Notes: generated by a model not told the origin, from the letters alone. A DNA stretch of 64,000 nucleotides from Octopus sinensis (GCF_006345805.1 NC_043022.1:5952001-6016000), one strand, 5' to 3'; counted from the stretch's first letter, positions 50,172 through 63,349 are shown. Made by a program: numbers and translations.

Positions 50172-50395
50172 AGGAACGGTTCTGTGTGGTAAGAAGCTTG
50201 CCTCCCAAGCACATCATTCTGGGTCCAGTCTCACTGTGTGGCACCCTGGGCAAGGGTCTTTTGTTATCGTCTCGAGTCAATCCAAGTCTTGTGAGAGAAA
50301 GTGGACCACTAGAGACTGAATGGAAGCCCATTGAGTGGATTGTATCTGTTGTATAAAGGCCTGTCCTTGTCACAAACTCTGTCATATTTACTCTA
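50172..50395 (+). mobile_element. SINE family C head (diverged)
   Basis: GTGTGGTAAGAAGCTTGC...CCTGGGCAAG. Confidence 0.65.
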
Positions 50396-50682
50396 GTTAA
50401 CATCAGGCATATCTGTGGAGCACTCAGCCACTCAGTAATTCATTGAGCAGGTAATTATTACACCTGAGGCCACTTTCAGTTCTTTTATTTTTTGTTGTTG
50501 TTGTTGTTATTTAGTTTGTTTTTACCATCAGAGCTGAGGCCATGCTGGCCCACCACCTTCCATGATACAAAACCACTTATTTTAAAATGCTTATATTTCA
50601 ATTAAAACCTTCTCTTCTAATTTCACATGAGAATTTCTTTGGTAAGTTTTCAAACATCTTCACCACCACCACCACCAACCAC

Positions 50683-50900
50683 CATCATCATCATCATCAT
50701 CATCATTTAACATCTGTTGTCCATGCTGGCATGGATTGGTTAGTTTGACCAGAGCTGGCAAGCTGGGGAGCTGCACCTGATTCCAGTCTAATCTGGTCTC
50801 TACAGCAGGATGCCCTTCCTAACATGCCAACCACTTTACAAAGTGTGCTGAGTGCTTTTACATGTCTCACATGGACACTTTTACACAGCACTATGCAGTC
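50683..50900 (-). mobile_element. Family B element (diverged)
   Basis: Core match. Confidence 0.7.
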
Positions 50901-51063
50901 ATTTTTACATGATGCCACATGGGTCTTTTATGTGGCACTGCACGGGCACTTCCACACATCCTTTACAGCACCAGAGGGATCAATCTTAACTCTTCTGCTG
51001 TGGAGTATAAATCTTCTTGAGTACAGCAAGGCAGTCCATGTTCCATGCTGGCATAGGATAAAT

Positions 51064-51446
51064 GTGGAGGCGCAATGGCCCAGTGGTTAGGGCAGCGGAC
51101 TCGCGGTCGTAGGATCGCGGTTTCGATTCCCAGACCGGGCGTTGTGAGTGTTTATTGAGCGAAAACACCTAAAGCTCCACGACGCTCTGGCAGGGATGGT
51201 GGTGATCCCTGCTGTACTCTTTCACCACAACTTTCTCTCACTCTTACTTCCTGTTTCTGTTGTACCTGTATTTCAAAGGGCCGGCTTTGTCACTCTCTGT
51301 GTCAGGCTGAATATCCCCGAGAACTACGTTAAGGGTACACGTGTCTGTGGAGTGCTCAGCCACTTACACGTTAATTTCACGAGCGGGCTGTTCCGTTGAT
51401 CGGATCAACCGGAACCCTCGTTGTCGTAACCGACGGAGTGCTTCCA
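51064..51446 (+). mobile_element. tRNA-derived SINE, family G, full-length
   Basis: TGGCCCAGTGG A-box, GTTTCGATTCC B-box; CpG-rich (young); 3' half matches 16695-16860. Confidence 0.85.
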
Positions 51447-52553
51447 AATGGTTTGACAGGATCTGATGGGTCTAAGGACTCCTTTATGCTCCAATCCTCT
51501 GTTTCAGCATGGTTTCTATGGCTGGATATCTTCCCTAACACCAACCGCTTTACAGCACAGACTGGGTGCCATGCAGCTTGCAAGACTACGAACCCCAAGG
51601 GAAATGGAGTTGGCTTTATACTAGAAGATGAGGGGGGGTTAAGATATGAGAAGTGAGGATGAGGGCTGAGCAGGTTCTTGTAGAAGGGCAGCATGGTTAT
51701 TCACATTTAGTTTGGTGAAGGAGAGACTGATCAATAAGAAGCTGTGAAAAGATAGATATTAGAACTGAGGTGTCTGGGTGGCCCCTCAAGTCCTGGGGTG
51801 GGAGTACAAGAGACAGGGGTATTGTGGGGGGGGCAGTTGGCAGCTTATTTTTGAAAATTAATTAAGACACTTAGGAAGTTGTATTTGATGAGGAACTGGT
51901 TATGAGAAGGTTAAACATGAAATAGGGTGGAAAGAAAATGAATTGCCAAAGTATTTTACAGACTTTCCTGGCTTCAAAGCAGAAATCAAGATAAGTAAAC
52001 AATGAAAGGAATAAATAAATAAACAAATATCAACTAAAATATAAATAAATATTGAGTAAAAATATTGACGAAATATCCAGCTTTGAAAGTTTCTAGAAAT
52101 ATCTGGGCAATCTTTAAATAAAGAGCCATTCCTTAAGTAAATAGAGATAAGTTTGTAGAAGACGTTGCTGTTGGAAGGTATTTTGGTAACCGGTGAGGAG
52201 AGAGAGAGATAACTGCTAGTGGTGATGATGAAGTGGTGGTGGTGGTGGTGGTGGTGGTGGTGCTAAAGGCAGAAATGCACACACACACACACACTGAACT
52301 GTGAATATGTGTGTATTTTTGTGAATACTTGCATGTGGGCTATTATACATCATTGTATGCAATAAATAAATGTATATATATAAGTGTATATATGAGTGTG
52401 TGTGTGTGTGTTTAGAGCATAAGTTGGAATGTTTAATTGAAAAGTTTGCTTACCAATCACATGATCTTGAGTTCAGTCCAACGGGGAAGCCTTCTGAATT
52501 GGATTTGGTTGACAGAAACTGAAAGAAGCTCATTTTGTGCATATGTGTTTGTG

Positions 52554-52600
<47 letters not shown>

Positions 52601-52657
52601 TTATTTATTGCAATATATAATTATGAGCAACTAATAGTTTCAAGCATGGGATATATT

Positions 52658-52795
52658 CATTATTTACATTTGGTGGATATTTGTCCTCATCTTGTTTGTT
52701 GTTAACACATTTCGGCTGATATACCCTGCAGCCTTCATCAAGTGTCTTGGAGAAATTTCAAACCTGAGTTCTCATTCCTAACGTATTTTTCAATG

Positions 52796-52831
<36 letters not shown>

Positions 52832-52929
52832 CCACTGTTTGGAATTGAACTCGGAATTTTGGGGTTAGTAGCCCCTGCTCTTAACCACTACACTATGTGA
52901 GGACAAATATCCATCAAATGTAAATAATG
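52658..52929 (-). mobile_element. tRNA-headed element with degenerate hammerhead-like 3' part and inverted terminal segment
   Basis: Minus strand: A-box TAGTGTAGTGG (52895-52885), B-box GTTCAATTCC (52850-52841), (AAT)n, then GACAC-TTGATGA-A-GGCTG..CAGCC-GAAA-T-GTGTT (52746-52704); 52658-52690 inverted vs 52897-52929. Confidence 0.65.
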
Positions 52930-53122
52930 TACATAATTCCTCATCCCTTAAATATAGAACTGTATGGGAGATGTTGTCTAGGCAGGTTTTAATAACATGC
53001 CTAGGCAATATCTCCAATGTATGAAATTATTAGTAGCTCATAACTATACAGATAGATGTATACATGTGACTGTGCTAATGTATTTAGTGCATATGTGTTG
53101 ATGTAAACATGCACACAAACAC

Positions 53123-53383
53123 ACACACACAAACTAATGCACTCGTGTACATGGCTGGTCATGTAGACATTCCCCTAGCTTGCTAGAAATAGCCATCAAA
53201 TCTCCCTCACATCCCTCTCCTCAATAAATAAGTAGATATTGGACTATGCAGTCACACACACAAACTAATGTACTCGTGTACATGGCTGGTCATGTAGACA
53301 TTCCCCTAGCTTGCTAGAAATAGCCATCAAATCTCCTCACATCCCTCTCCTCAATAAATAAGTAGATATTGGACTACGCAGTC
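53123..53383. repeat. Tandem duplication of about 130 bp
   Basis: Two near-identical copies (few substitutions, 1 indel). Confidence 0.92.
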
Positions 53384-53848
53384 GCTGACAAGACGACAGT
53401 AAACTGGTCACAGCTGGAATCCTTTTCCTCAAATATCTGTTTAATCCCAAACAAAGATAAACAGATAAACCAACTTTGTTACATTCAATCTTGTTTATTT
53501 GTTATTTTTACCAGTATTTGTGTACCTTGCAATATAGGCATGCAGTGGCATTGAATTAAATGGGACATTGTTTTATCTGTTTATCTTTCTCTCGTTATCA
53601 AATAACGATCGTTTCTTCATGCTTTCTTCATTTGATTCCAATGATGCCGTCTAGTTGTTTGTTCTTCTTACTTAATTCTGTTTTTATAATTTGTTTAGAT
53701 TTGGTACAAATGTTTGGAATTGCCTAAAATAGATTTTGAAATCAATTATGCTACATCTACAGATTTAGAGTATTACTAGTTTCTGACAAACCCTACAATA
53801 GGGTGAAAGCAGAGTCTTTGCTAAAACATTCTATTATAATCATATGCG

Positions 53849-53880
<32 letters not shown>

Positions 53881-53932
53881 TGTGAGAGTTAGGGGATGTG
53901 TCCCCTAAAACAGTGAATGATAATGATGGTAA

Positions 53933-54115
53933 TAATAATCCTTTCTACTATGGGTACAATGCCTGAAATGTGGGTCAAGGGGGTTTACTTGATTACATCA
54001 AGGCCAATGTCTCTGTTAGTACTTATTTCATCAATACCAAAGTGACAGAAGGCAAAGTCAGCCTCAGCAGAATTTAAACTCAGAAGAAGCTAGAAGTGCC
54101 ACTAAGCATTTTGTC
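53933..54115 (-). mobile_element. SINE family A variant (diverged)
   Basis: Matches 61520-61725. Confidence 0.7.
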
Positions 54116-54141
54116 TGTCAGTATCATCATCATCACCATCA

Positions 54142-54174
<33 letters not shown>

Positions 54175-54237
54175 TAAAAACAGTAAGATGACAAAAGAAA
54201 GAAAGAGACCTCAATATTATGTAAATAGAAGAAATTT

Positions 54238-54401
54238 ATCTGTAAAATAAATATGCGACAATTACTCAATAGCCAAGATAAGTCTGAGTTTTGGATGCCG
54301 AAGTGGAAATCCACAACACCATCTCTTCAGTTATCTGGCCATCAGAAACTCAGAGTTCTATCTTGGCTATTGAATAATTGTCACATATTATTTTACAGAT
54401 A
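54238..54401 (-). mobile_element. Foldback element with degenerate hammerhead-like core
   Basis: Arms of about 50 bp, 54238-54290 vs 54345-54401; minus strand GCCAGATAA-CTGAAGA-GATG..CATCC-AAAAC-TCAGAC-TTATCTTGGC. Confidence 0.6.
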
Positions 54402-54574
54402 TATATATATATAAATTCATAAATGAGGGTGAAAAATTAGATATACCAGAAAAAGGAGCTATTTTTAGCACTAGAGTTAACCACTTAGCGGTAACTCTCT
54501 TATATTTATACTGTGGATTTGTATAAAGGACACACACACAGACATTTTGCCATTTATATATATATAGAGAGATA

Positions 54575-54810
54575 TATTGTTGTCATTTAATGTCTGTTTT
54601 CTCTGCTGGCATGGGTTGGGTGGTTTTGACTGGAGCTGACCAGGTTCCAGTTGTCTGTTTTGGCATGGTCTCTATGGCTGGATGCTGCTCTTAATGCCAT
54701 CCACTTCACAGAGTGTGCAGGGTGCTTCTAACCTGCTACCAGTGCGAGTGCATCCTATGTGGAAGCAGCACAAGTGCATGTCTCACGTGTCACTGGCACA
54801 AGTGCATTTT
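54575..54810 (-). mobile_element. Family B element (diverged)
   Basis: Core match. Confidence 0.65.
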
Positions 54811-55028
54811 ACTTGGTCCTGAAATATCACTTGTCCATCATGGATAGAAGATAACAAGGTAGATGTTTTGGCCTGGGTAACAAAATAGATGATGCTACAT
54901 TGAAGAATATTCGTAATGAATTCCATTGCTATTCCACACCAGATGCCACCTGGTTACTCTCAAATTGAACTCTGCCGCCGCCACCGATGGCCTTCTGCCT
55001 CTATTTATTTCTTTGTGTTATTGCTATG

Positions 55029-55260
55029 AGGCGGCGAGCTGGCAGAATCGTTAGCACGTCAGGCAAAATGCTGAGCGGTATTTCGGCTGTCGTTATGTTC
55101 TGAGTTCAAATTCCGCCGAGGTTGACTTTGCCTTTCATCCTTTCGGGGTCGATAAATTAAGCACCAGTTACGCACCGGGGTCGATGTAATAGACTTAATA
55201 CCTATGTCTGTCCTTGTTTGTCCCCTCTGTGTTTAGCCCCTTGTGGGTAATAAAGAAATA
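55029..55260 (+). mobile_element. SINE family A, full-length
   Basis: 11-bp TSD GTTATTGCTAT at 55017-55027 and 55261-55271. Confidence 0.92.
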
Positions 55261-56231
55261 GTTATTGCTATACACTGTGAAATGTTGTAGACTGTTTGAA
55301 GTTGTGACCTCTGACCTTGAGGTCAGATACCACTCCCCTCCTGGGTCAACTTACATTGACAACAGGAATAAAAATAGCCACAAATAATGCAACATTTTAC
55401 CAACAACCTGAGACTACATTTTTTTGAAAGAGAATTCCCACCTTTATGCTTTCTGTTGAATTGTCTCTGAAAGAAAACCAAATATTGTGATTTGTAATTG
55501 TGATATTAGTTATCAGTCGAAGCAAAACGGCAACTGTTACGTCCAGTGTGTAACCAGGTAGAAATACGATTAGAAAACATTGAGTCATTGTAAGGTAGCT
55601 CTGAAAACACCACCCCATTGAATGCCACCCCTGTCAGAATAATATTCAACATCCAAGTTATTTAACGGTTGTCTGTCTGTAAGTCTTTCCTTTTTCTTTG
55701 CTTGAATATTGTTTTTGACGTGTTTTAAGAATCAGGGAAGAACGGTGGCAGGACAACCTGGGGAGAGTAGGGGAGAACAGATTACAGAAGCAGACTGACT
55801 GATTTCAAGATTAGGGGATTAAAAGACACAGCATGCGCATAATAGAGAACAACTTGTATAATTTATGTAGATCTATTCAAATGTATTTAAATAGATTACC
55901 ACAAGCTATACATTAAAGAGATTAACAATTAAGAATTGGTTTGTGAAAGACTGGAAGAATTGTGGAAACAGAACAAAAACAAAAGGATTTTTATATTCTG
56001 GGTTCAAATCCTGCTGACATCAACTTTGCCTTATATATTTCCAGGGTTGATGAAATAAAAGATCCCAGTCAAGTATTTCATTTAATATTCTTATAAACCA
56101 GGGGCCCCCAACCACCAGGCTACGGATCATTTGATGCAGGGATCATGCACAAAGAATAGATTTTTAAAATTTCATTTCTGTTTTTTATTGATTATCAATC
56201 CGCAAGTTTTTTTCTCTTTTTTTTTGCTTTA

Positions 56232-56628
56232 TGTAATCTTTTATTCTTTTAATTGTTTCAGTCATTTGACTGTGACCATGCTGGAGCATTGCTTTGAATG
56301 GTTTTTAATTGAACAAATCAACCCTAAGACTTGGTTTTTTTTTTTTCTTAAAGCTTGGTACTTATTCTATCAGTCTCTTTTGCTGAACCGCTATTACGGC
56401 GGAGGAAAAAAACCAATACTGGTGTCAAACATGGACACAAAGACACACATATACATACACACACACACACACACACTATATGAATGGCTTCTTTCAATTT
56501 CCGTCTACCAAATCCACTCACAAGGCTTTAGTCAGCCCAAGGCTATAGCAGAATTTGTGCAGCGGAACTGAACCCAGAACCATGTGGTTGGGAAGCAAGC
56601 TTCTTACCTCACAGCCACACCTTCACCT
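56232..56628 (-). mobile_element. SINE family C (diverged)
   Basis: Tail, body and head match. Confidence 0.8.
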
Positions 56629-56690
56629 GTGTATGTAATATATATATATATAATATACATATCTAATATGTATGTCATGTATATCTGGTA

Positions 56691-57020
56691 TACAGTTGAA
56701 CCTCGGCTTATGAATTTAATTCATTCCTGAAGGCCCATTCACCATCCAAAATGTTTGTAAAGCAAAGCAATTTTTTCCCCTAAGAAATCCAAGAGATCAA
56801 ACAGCAAATTTGAACAGGTGTCTGCACTGAACACAAGCTACTGACAGTTACTGACCCTTTTCTGCATCAGACTCCCAGCTGGTCACCAACTGTTGGTGCT
56901 GGCTTGTACGTCCATTGCTCGTGACACCGTTATCACCTGAGACATTCTAGGTTCAAAGAATTGTTTGTAAAGTGACTTGTTCTTAATGACAGGTGTTCAT
57001 AAACTAAAGCTCCTTTCTAT
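56691..57020. mobile_element. pogo/Tigger-like MITE
   Basis: TA-CAGTTGAACCTCGGCTTATGAA left end; degenerate right end TTCATAAACTAAAGCTCC; subterminal TTTGTAAAG motifs. Confidence 0.55.
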
Positions 57021-57052
57021 ATACAATTAATATGCAATATATATGTGCAATA

Positions 57053-57450
57053 TTACTCTTTTACTTGTTTCAGTCATTTGACTGCGGCCATGCTGGAGCA
57101 CCACCTTTAGTCGAGCAACTCGACCCCGGGACTTATTCTTTGTAAGCCCAGTACTTATTCTATCGGTCTCTTTTGCCGAACCGCTAAGTGACAGGGACGT
57201 AAACACACCAGCATCGGTGTCAAGCAATGCTAGGGGGACAAACACAAACACACACACACACATACATATATATATACATATATACGACAGGCTTCTTTCA
57301 GTTTCCGTCTACCAAATCCACTCACAAGGCATTGGTTGGCCCGGGGCTATAGCAGAAGACACTTGCCCAAGATGCCACGCAGTGGGACTGAACCCGGAAC
57401 CATGTGGTTGGTTAGCAAGCTACTTACCACACAGCCACTCCTGCGCATTA
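57053..57450 (-). mobile_element. SINE family C
   Basis: Full-length match. Confidence 0.9.
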
Positions 57451-57919
57451 TATATGCATTATGTATGTAATAATTAAACAATATATTATACTCTATATTG
57501 TTTTGTTATACATGTGATCTCCTAGCTGTGGAAAAACTTGTCTGGCATGAAACCAGTTCTTGGTGCAACAAACGTTGGGAACTGCTGCCATAAACCATTC
57601 TTGATGTGAACGGAATTACAATAGAAAGAGAGGTTTGCTATGTTACATCAAATTGTGTAGAATTCTTTGCCCCAACCCATAACGCATTATCTATTCCCGG
57701 CTTTCTGCGTATGATCTGTTGACTAAGAATTTCATCACCCAGACAAAAGCCTTTTAAATATGCTGTTTATATCATCAGAACAATCCTGTGTAATATATAT
57801 TGATCTGTATTGATTGATAGGTTGTAGGTTGCAGCATTGTGACAACAGGACTGATGGCTTTTGTTGAGGCATTTCTTATTCTCTTTTAACATGTTAGCCT
57901 GCGTGTACACACGCACGTA

Positions 57920-57922
57920 TAT

Positions 57923-57956
<34 letters not shown>

Positions 57957-57999
57957 ATATATATATACATACACAGAGACTGAGTGAAAGAGAGAGAGC

Positions 58000-58052
<53 letters not shown>

Positions 58053-58151
58053 ATATACATACACTTCTGTCTACATGTATGCATATAGGTGTGTGTGTGT
58101 GTATATATAAATATACATGTATATATAAATGTATATATACATATATATATG

Positions 58152-58182
<31 letters not shown>

Positions 58183-58334
58183 GTATATTTATATATATAT
58201 ATATATATATATACATATATATATACATGTATATTTATATATATATATATATACATGTATATATACATGTATATTATATATATATATATATATACATGTA
58301 TATATATATGTATATATACATATATATATGTATA

Positions 58335-58368
<34 letters not shown>

Positions 58369-58420
58369 CACACGTATATATATGTGTGTGTATATATAAG
58401 TACACACACACACACATACA
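57920..58420. repeat. Long (TA)n/TACA compound microsatellite
   Basis: Directly visible. Confidence 0.95.
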
Positions 58421-59394
58421 TGTGCCTACTTCCGTCTACCTGTATGCCTATAGGTGTGGGTGTAAGTTTAATGTTCTGTTTGGTTCAGTGTTGTTGGTGT
58501 TGGATTACAACATCATTAGGAGTGACTCATTAACGAATGACTCAATCACGTCTTCCAGTTATCTTTGTAGTAATTCCCCCCCCCCACGCACTACCCCACC
58601 CCCACCCTTTTATACATTATGTATGGAGTGTTTGGGACATAGATTTTACTTCACAGCACCCACACCCAGATGTGTGTGTGTGTGTGTAGCTTTGAAAGGA
58701 GAAGTAAATCAGAAAGAATTAACTTGATTTCTTTTTTTTTTTGGAGGTGGGGAGATCAGTTAACGAGATAAAAGACAAACAAGGACATATTACAGCCCTT
58801 CGTTAATAAGGAAGTTGTCTGATTACACTGATTTATTCTGCATATTGTAGCCACAGGGTGGTGTGGGGGTGGGGGTCATAAATGGATAATGCAAGTTCGC
58901 AACAATGTTTTGTGATCAACGGTAGGAAACAAAAAGGAGAAAAAAAAATTCCTTGATTTCTGTTCTACTGCAGACAGGAAATTCTTGTAAATGACTCCAA
59001 GTTTTTTTTTTTTTTTTTGAGTTTTGATAACAATTAACTTCTATCCAAGTTGAAAGATATATAATGACACTGATAAACAGAATCACACACATACACACAC
59101 ACACACAAATCAACAATGTCAAACCTGTATTGATTTCTTCACAGGATTTACCATTTTTATGACTGAATCGATGCCAGTTCTCTGCAAAACTAGTGTTTCC
59201 CTCCAAGACTTTTTATGTTTGTTTCTCTAATCTCTTTATTACCGTTTCTGCTCCAATTAATTCTGAAAATAATTTAGTGGAACAATTTAGTAGAATAACT
59301 GTTTTATTATAAAGCTGGTTGTTTGACGCATAAATTAACCTGAAATTTTGGTGGCAGGTTTTAATTTCAGATCACTTTAACCCTTTTGTTACCA

Positions 59395-59793
59395 TGCCAG
59401 CTCTGTCTGGCCCCCGTGCCGGTGGCACGTAAAAGCACCATCCGTTCGTGTCCGTTGCCAGCCTCGCCTGGCCCCCGTGCCGGTGACACGTAAAAACACC
59501 ATCCGTTTCGTGTCCGTTGCCAGCCTCGCCTGGTCCCCGTGCCGTTGACACGTAAAAGCACCGTCCGTTCGTGGCCGTTTGCCAGCTCTGTCTGGCACCT
59601 GTGCGGGTGGCACGTAAAAAGCACCCACTACACTCACGGAGTGGTTGGCGTTAGGAAGGGCATCCAGCCGTAGAAACACTGCCAGATCTGACTGGGCCTG
59701 ATGAAGCCTTCCAGCTTCACAGACCCCAGTTGAACTATCCAACCCATGCTAGCATGGAAAACGGACGCTAAATGATGATGATGATGATGATGA
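59395..59793 (+). mobile_element. Family B element with internal 60-bp tandem repeats
   Basis: Reverse complement of 35007-35385 with one more repeat unit. Confidence 0.88.
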
Positions 59794-60594
59794 TTTCTGT
59801 TGAAAGCTGGTGTTCAGAACATAAAATAAATATGAAATTTTGATGAAAGGTTTTCTAGTTTAGGTTGCTTTAACGATCCTTTTGTTACCACACGGATTTT
59901 GTTTCAATTAATTTCAAATGTAATAAAGGATTTATTAAAAATAATTTTCTTATTTCTCAGCTGATGTTTGGAACATAAGTTAGCATGAAATTTTGATAGT
60001 AGCCCTTAAAATTTTGATCCCTCTAAAACAGATAGTTTCACATGTTTTGAGAAGAAGGTTATAATAAGGGAAACATAACAAATATCCCATATTCAATGGA
60101 TGTGTGTTCGTTAAGCACTTGTAGCTGAAATATTCCATCTATGGTAGGCCCCTTCAGAGTCATTTAGTGTTAGAAAACAATATACTTCAAAGTTGGTGAA
60201 ATGAAGCTGCTTTTGAAGTGAACAAGAATGGTATACATCGAGATTTCATAGAATTTTCTGATTATCAGTGTTGTATACTTGCCTCACTTCCGAAATGAAT
60301 TTGAATTGCCAACCAGAAGTTTGCAGATGCTGTAAAAATCTATCTGCTGATGTGCAAAAGTGTTGCACAAGTAGAACAAAATTCAAACTTTGTATTGGAA
60401 GCAGCTCCATAATGTAAATATTACCAATAAAAAAATACTTGTAGATGTGGTGTTTTGTTTAGGGAGGCCCCCTGTGTCTTTTTAACACTATGCATCTTTA
60501 AAAGGGTCTTCTTTAGAAAAAAAAAACTACTGTTGCAAGTGTTTAACTAACACACAGCATTAAGTATGTGATATTGGTTGAGTGGTTTGTATAA

Positions 60595-60749
60595 CGCCTT
60601 CAATCAAGCAACTCGACCCCGGGACTTATTTTTTGTAAGCCCAGTGCTTATTCTATCAGTCTCTTTTGCCGAACCGCTAAGTGACGGGGACATAAACACA
60701 CCAGTATCGGTTGTCAAGCAATGCTAGGGAGACAAACACAGACACACAA

Positions 60750-60791
<42 letters not shown>

Positions 60792-60971
60792 GTATATACA
60801 TATATATGACGGGCTTCTTTCAGTTTCCGTCTACCAAATCCACTCACAAGGCTTTGGTCGGCCCGAGGCTATAGTAGAAGACACTTGCCCAAGGTGCCAC
60901 GCAGTGGGACTGAACCCAGAACCATGTGGTTGGTAAGCAAGCTACTTACCACACAGCCACTCCTGCGCCTA
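60595..60971 (-). mobile_element. SINE family C
   Basis: Match; extreme tail missing. Confidence 0.88.
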
Positions 60972-61472
60972 TTACACCATTATTATCCAACTTCGTTATA
61001 TGTTTCAAAAATAATCATCATTTTAATTGCAGATGGGTTGTCATTGGTACTAAAAAAACAAAAAAAATCTATAAAACTATCTGCTCCCACCCCCACCCAC
61101 CTACTATTTTATGTGACTGTCTAAATTAACAGTATTTTAACGATATCTTTGACAAACGAAAACTATTCTTTAGCTAAAAGATTCCAATAAGATTTTCAAA
61201 AGTCAGTCCTTTAGGCAGCCATTTCTTTTCTTATTTTTTCTTTTTTTTTTTTTTGGAATTTTAAAGTCTTTTCATCTTTTTCTAATGTTTTTGCATCCAT
61301 TTCTTTAATGACTTCCAGGACATAATAGGCTTTTTTTTTCTTCCTTTCATTCAAGTAGAGCCAAGATGAAGGAATTATTAAAATGGGGGCTTTTAATAAT
61401 AATATCCATTCAGATACAAAAACAAAATGGTATCTTGTGATTCTTGTTAGTGGAACAACAACAACAACAACA

Positions 61473-61519
<47 letters not shown>

Positions 61520-61522
<3 letters not shown>

Positions 61523-61845
61523 CCTTTCTACTATAGGCACAAGGCCTGAATTTGAGGGTAGGGGACTAGTTAGTTACATTGACCCCAGTGCGTAACTGGT
61601 ACTTAATTTATCGACTCCGAAAAGATGAAAGGCAAAGTCGACCTCGGCAGAATTTGAACTCAGAACGTAGTGACAGAAGAAATACTGCTAAGCATTTTGC
61701 TTGGCATGCTAATGATTCTGCCAGTTCACCACCTTTGATAAAAATGGTTTCAAATTTTGGCACAAGGCCAGCAAATTCAAGGTAGTGCATAAGTCCATAA
61801 CATTGACCCCAGTGTTCAACTGGTACTTATTTTATCAACCCCGAA
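61520..61845 (-). mobile_element. SINE family A variant plus adjacent partial copy
   Basis: GGCAAAGTCGACCTCGGCAGAATTTGAACTCAGAAC; (AAT)n tail side at 61475-61520. Confidence 0.8.
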
Positions 61846-61930
61846 AGGAAGGAAGGAAGCTAAAGATCCCTCTACTGCAAGTCAACTGCTCTAACCACTA
61901 GGCCAGCCATGTGCCTCCACTCTCTCACTC

Positions 61931-61984
<54 letters not shown>

Positions 61985-62321
61985 CTTTCTTGCTGTGTAG
62001 GACACAATACAAATTAATTATTCTTTTAGTATGAATTAGAATATTTTGTTTTTCCTGAGTGTGCAAGACAAGCATCTCTCTTTAGAAACTTATGAAATAT
62101 GGTTCCAGTCTCACCAGACAGAATTTCCATCATTGCAGCTACTACACTCATAATTACTAATTTTTGTTATTTTTTTTTTATTTTTTGTTTTAGTCATTTA
62201 ATTCTTTTATTAATCTTAGATTTTTAGAAAATGGGAGAAAAAAAAAATCAGAAATTTCCAACATTAAATGGTCACAAGAAATTAATATGAAAGGCAAATG
62301 AAATACGTGTCACAACTTTTA

Positions 62322-62356
62322 TCATCATCACCATCATCATCATCATCACCACCACC

Positions 62357-62390
<34 letters not shown>

Positions 62391-62488
62391 CCACCATCCT
62401 CATCATCATCACCACCATCCTCATCATTATCATCATCATCATCATCATCACCACCATCATCATCACCACCATCATTATCATCATCATT
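62322..62488. repeat. (CAT/CAC)n trinucleotide repeat
   Basis: Directly visible. Confidence 0.95.
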
Positions 62489-63349
62489 TTGGTATTTGTC
62501 AATTTTCTTGTCTATCATTTTCTATTGATTTCTGACTTAGACAAAATATTAAAAAATCTGGATAAGAAAGGAAACAAAAGATCAAATCCACTGGCAGTAT
62601 AGAGCTGGTCCTTGTTTTCTTGGGCCCCAGATGGCTGAAAAGTAAAGTCAACCTCTGCAGGATTTTGAATCCATGCTGTGAAGGGCCAAACAAACCGACA
62701 TTATAAGACATTTCACTTTGTACTTGACAATGTCTTTCACAGTTCTAGGGGTAAAGGATGAGACTTTGACTTTAACCTTATATGGTGATGTAGGGCTGAG
62801 AGAGTCACCATGGAAACACAGAGTATTGTAGATGAGGACACATGAGAAAATAGCAGATTTTACCAAAACAAAACTCACTGAATTTAATTACCCAGACACC
62901 ATTCACACGAAAAACGACAGTTAAGTTAGTGCTAACATATTTAATGTAATGAGTGTTTCGTAACTAATTAGATGTAATTATATGGAGAAAATAGGCATTT
63001 TAAGTTCAAAGACAGATATTGTTTTGATAATTTTGGAAGACATGTTCCATTTTAGTAAATATTAGGACTGAGGAGGTACAAAAAGTCTGAAACATACCTG
63101 AAGTTATCTCCCATAATTCATGAAATTATCAAAATAATATTAGTCATTGAGTAAATGTTGTCTTCCTTGACACAGACATTTCTAATTAAGTATTCAATGC
63201 TAATTACACTAATTATATTAACTCCAACTCAACTATTGTAATTATCGTTTGATAAATACTCTGTTACAGCGATATTGTGGTAAATTAATGCATTTGTTGG
63301 AAATAATTATTCTGAAGTAATTCTTAATTATATCAGTTAATTACTCCAT

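Noticed and set aside
51064-51140. Functional tRNA gene (also heads of families A, C, D)
   Set aside because: A and B boxes present but no acceptor stem; each continues into a multi-copy SINE body
55397-55618. 73-aa minus-strand ORF / 25-nt minus-strand microexon
   Set aside because: Weak donor (GTGGGA), no domain recognised, and opposite to the strand of the stronger splice signals
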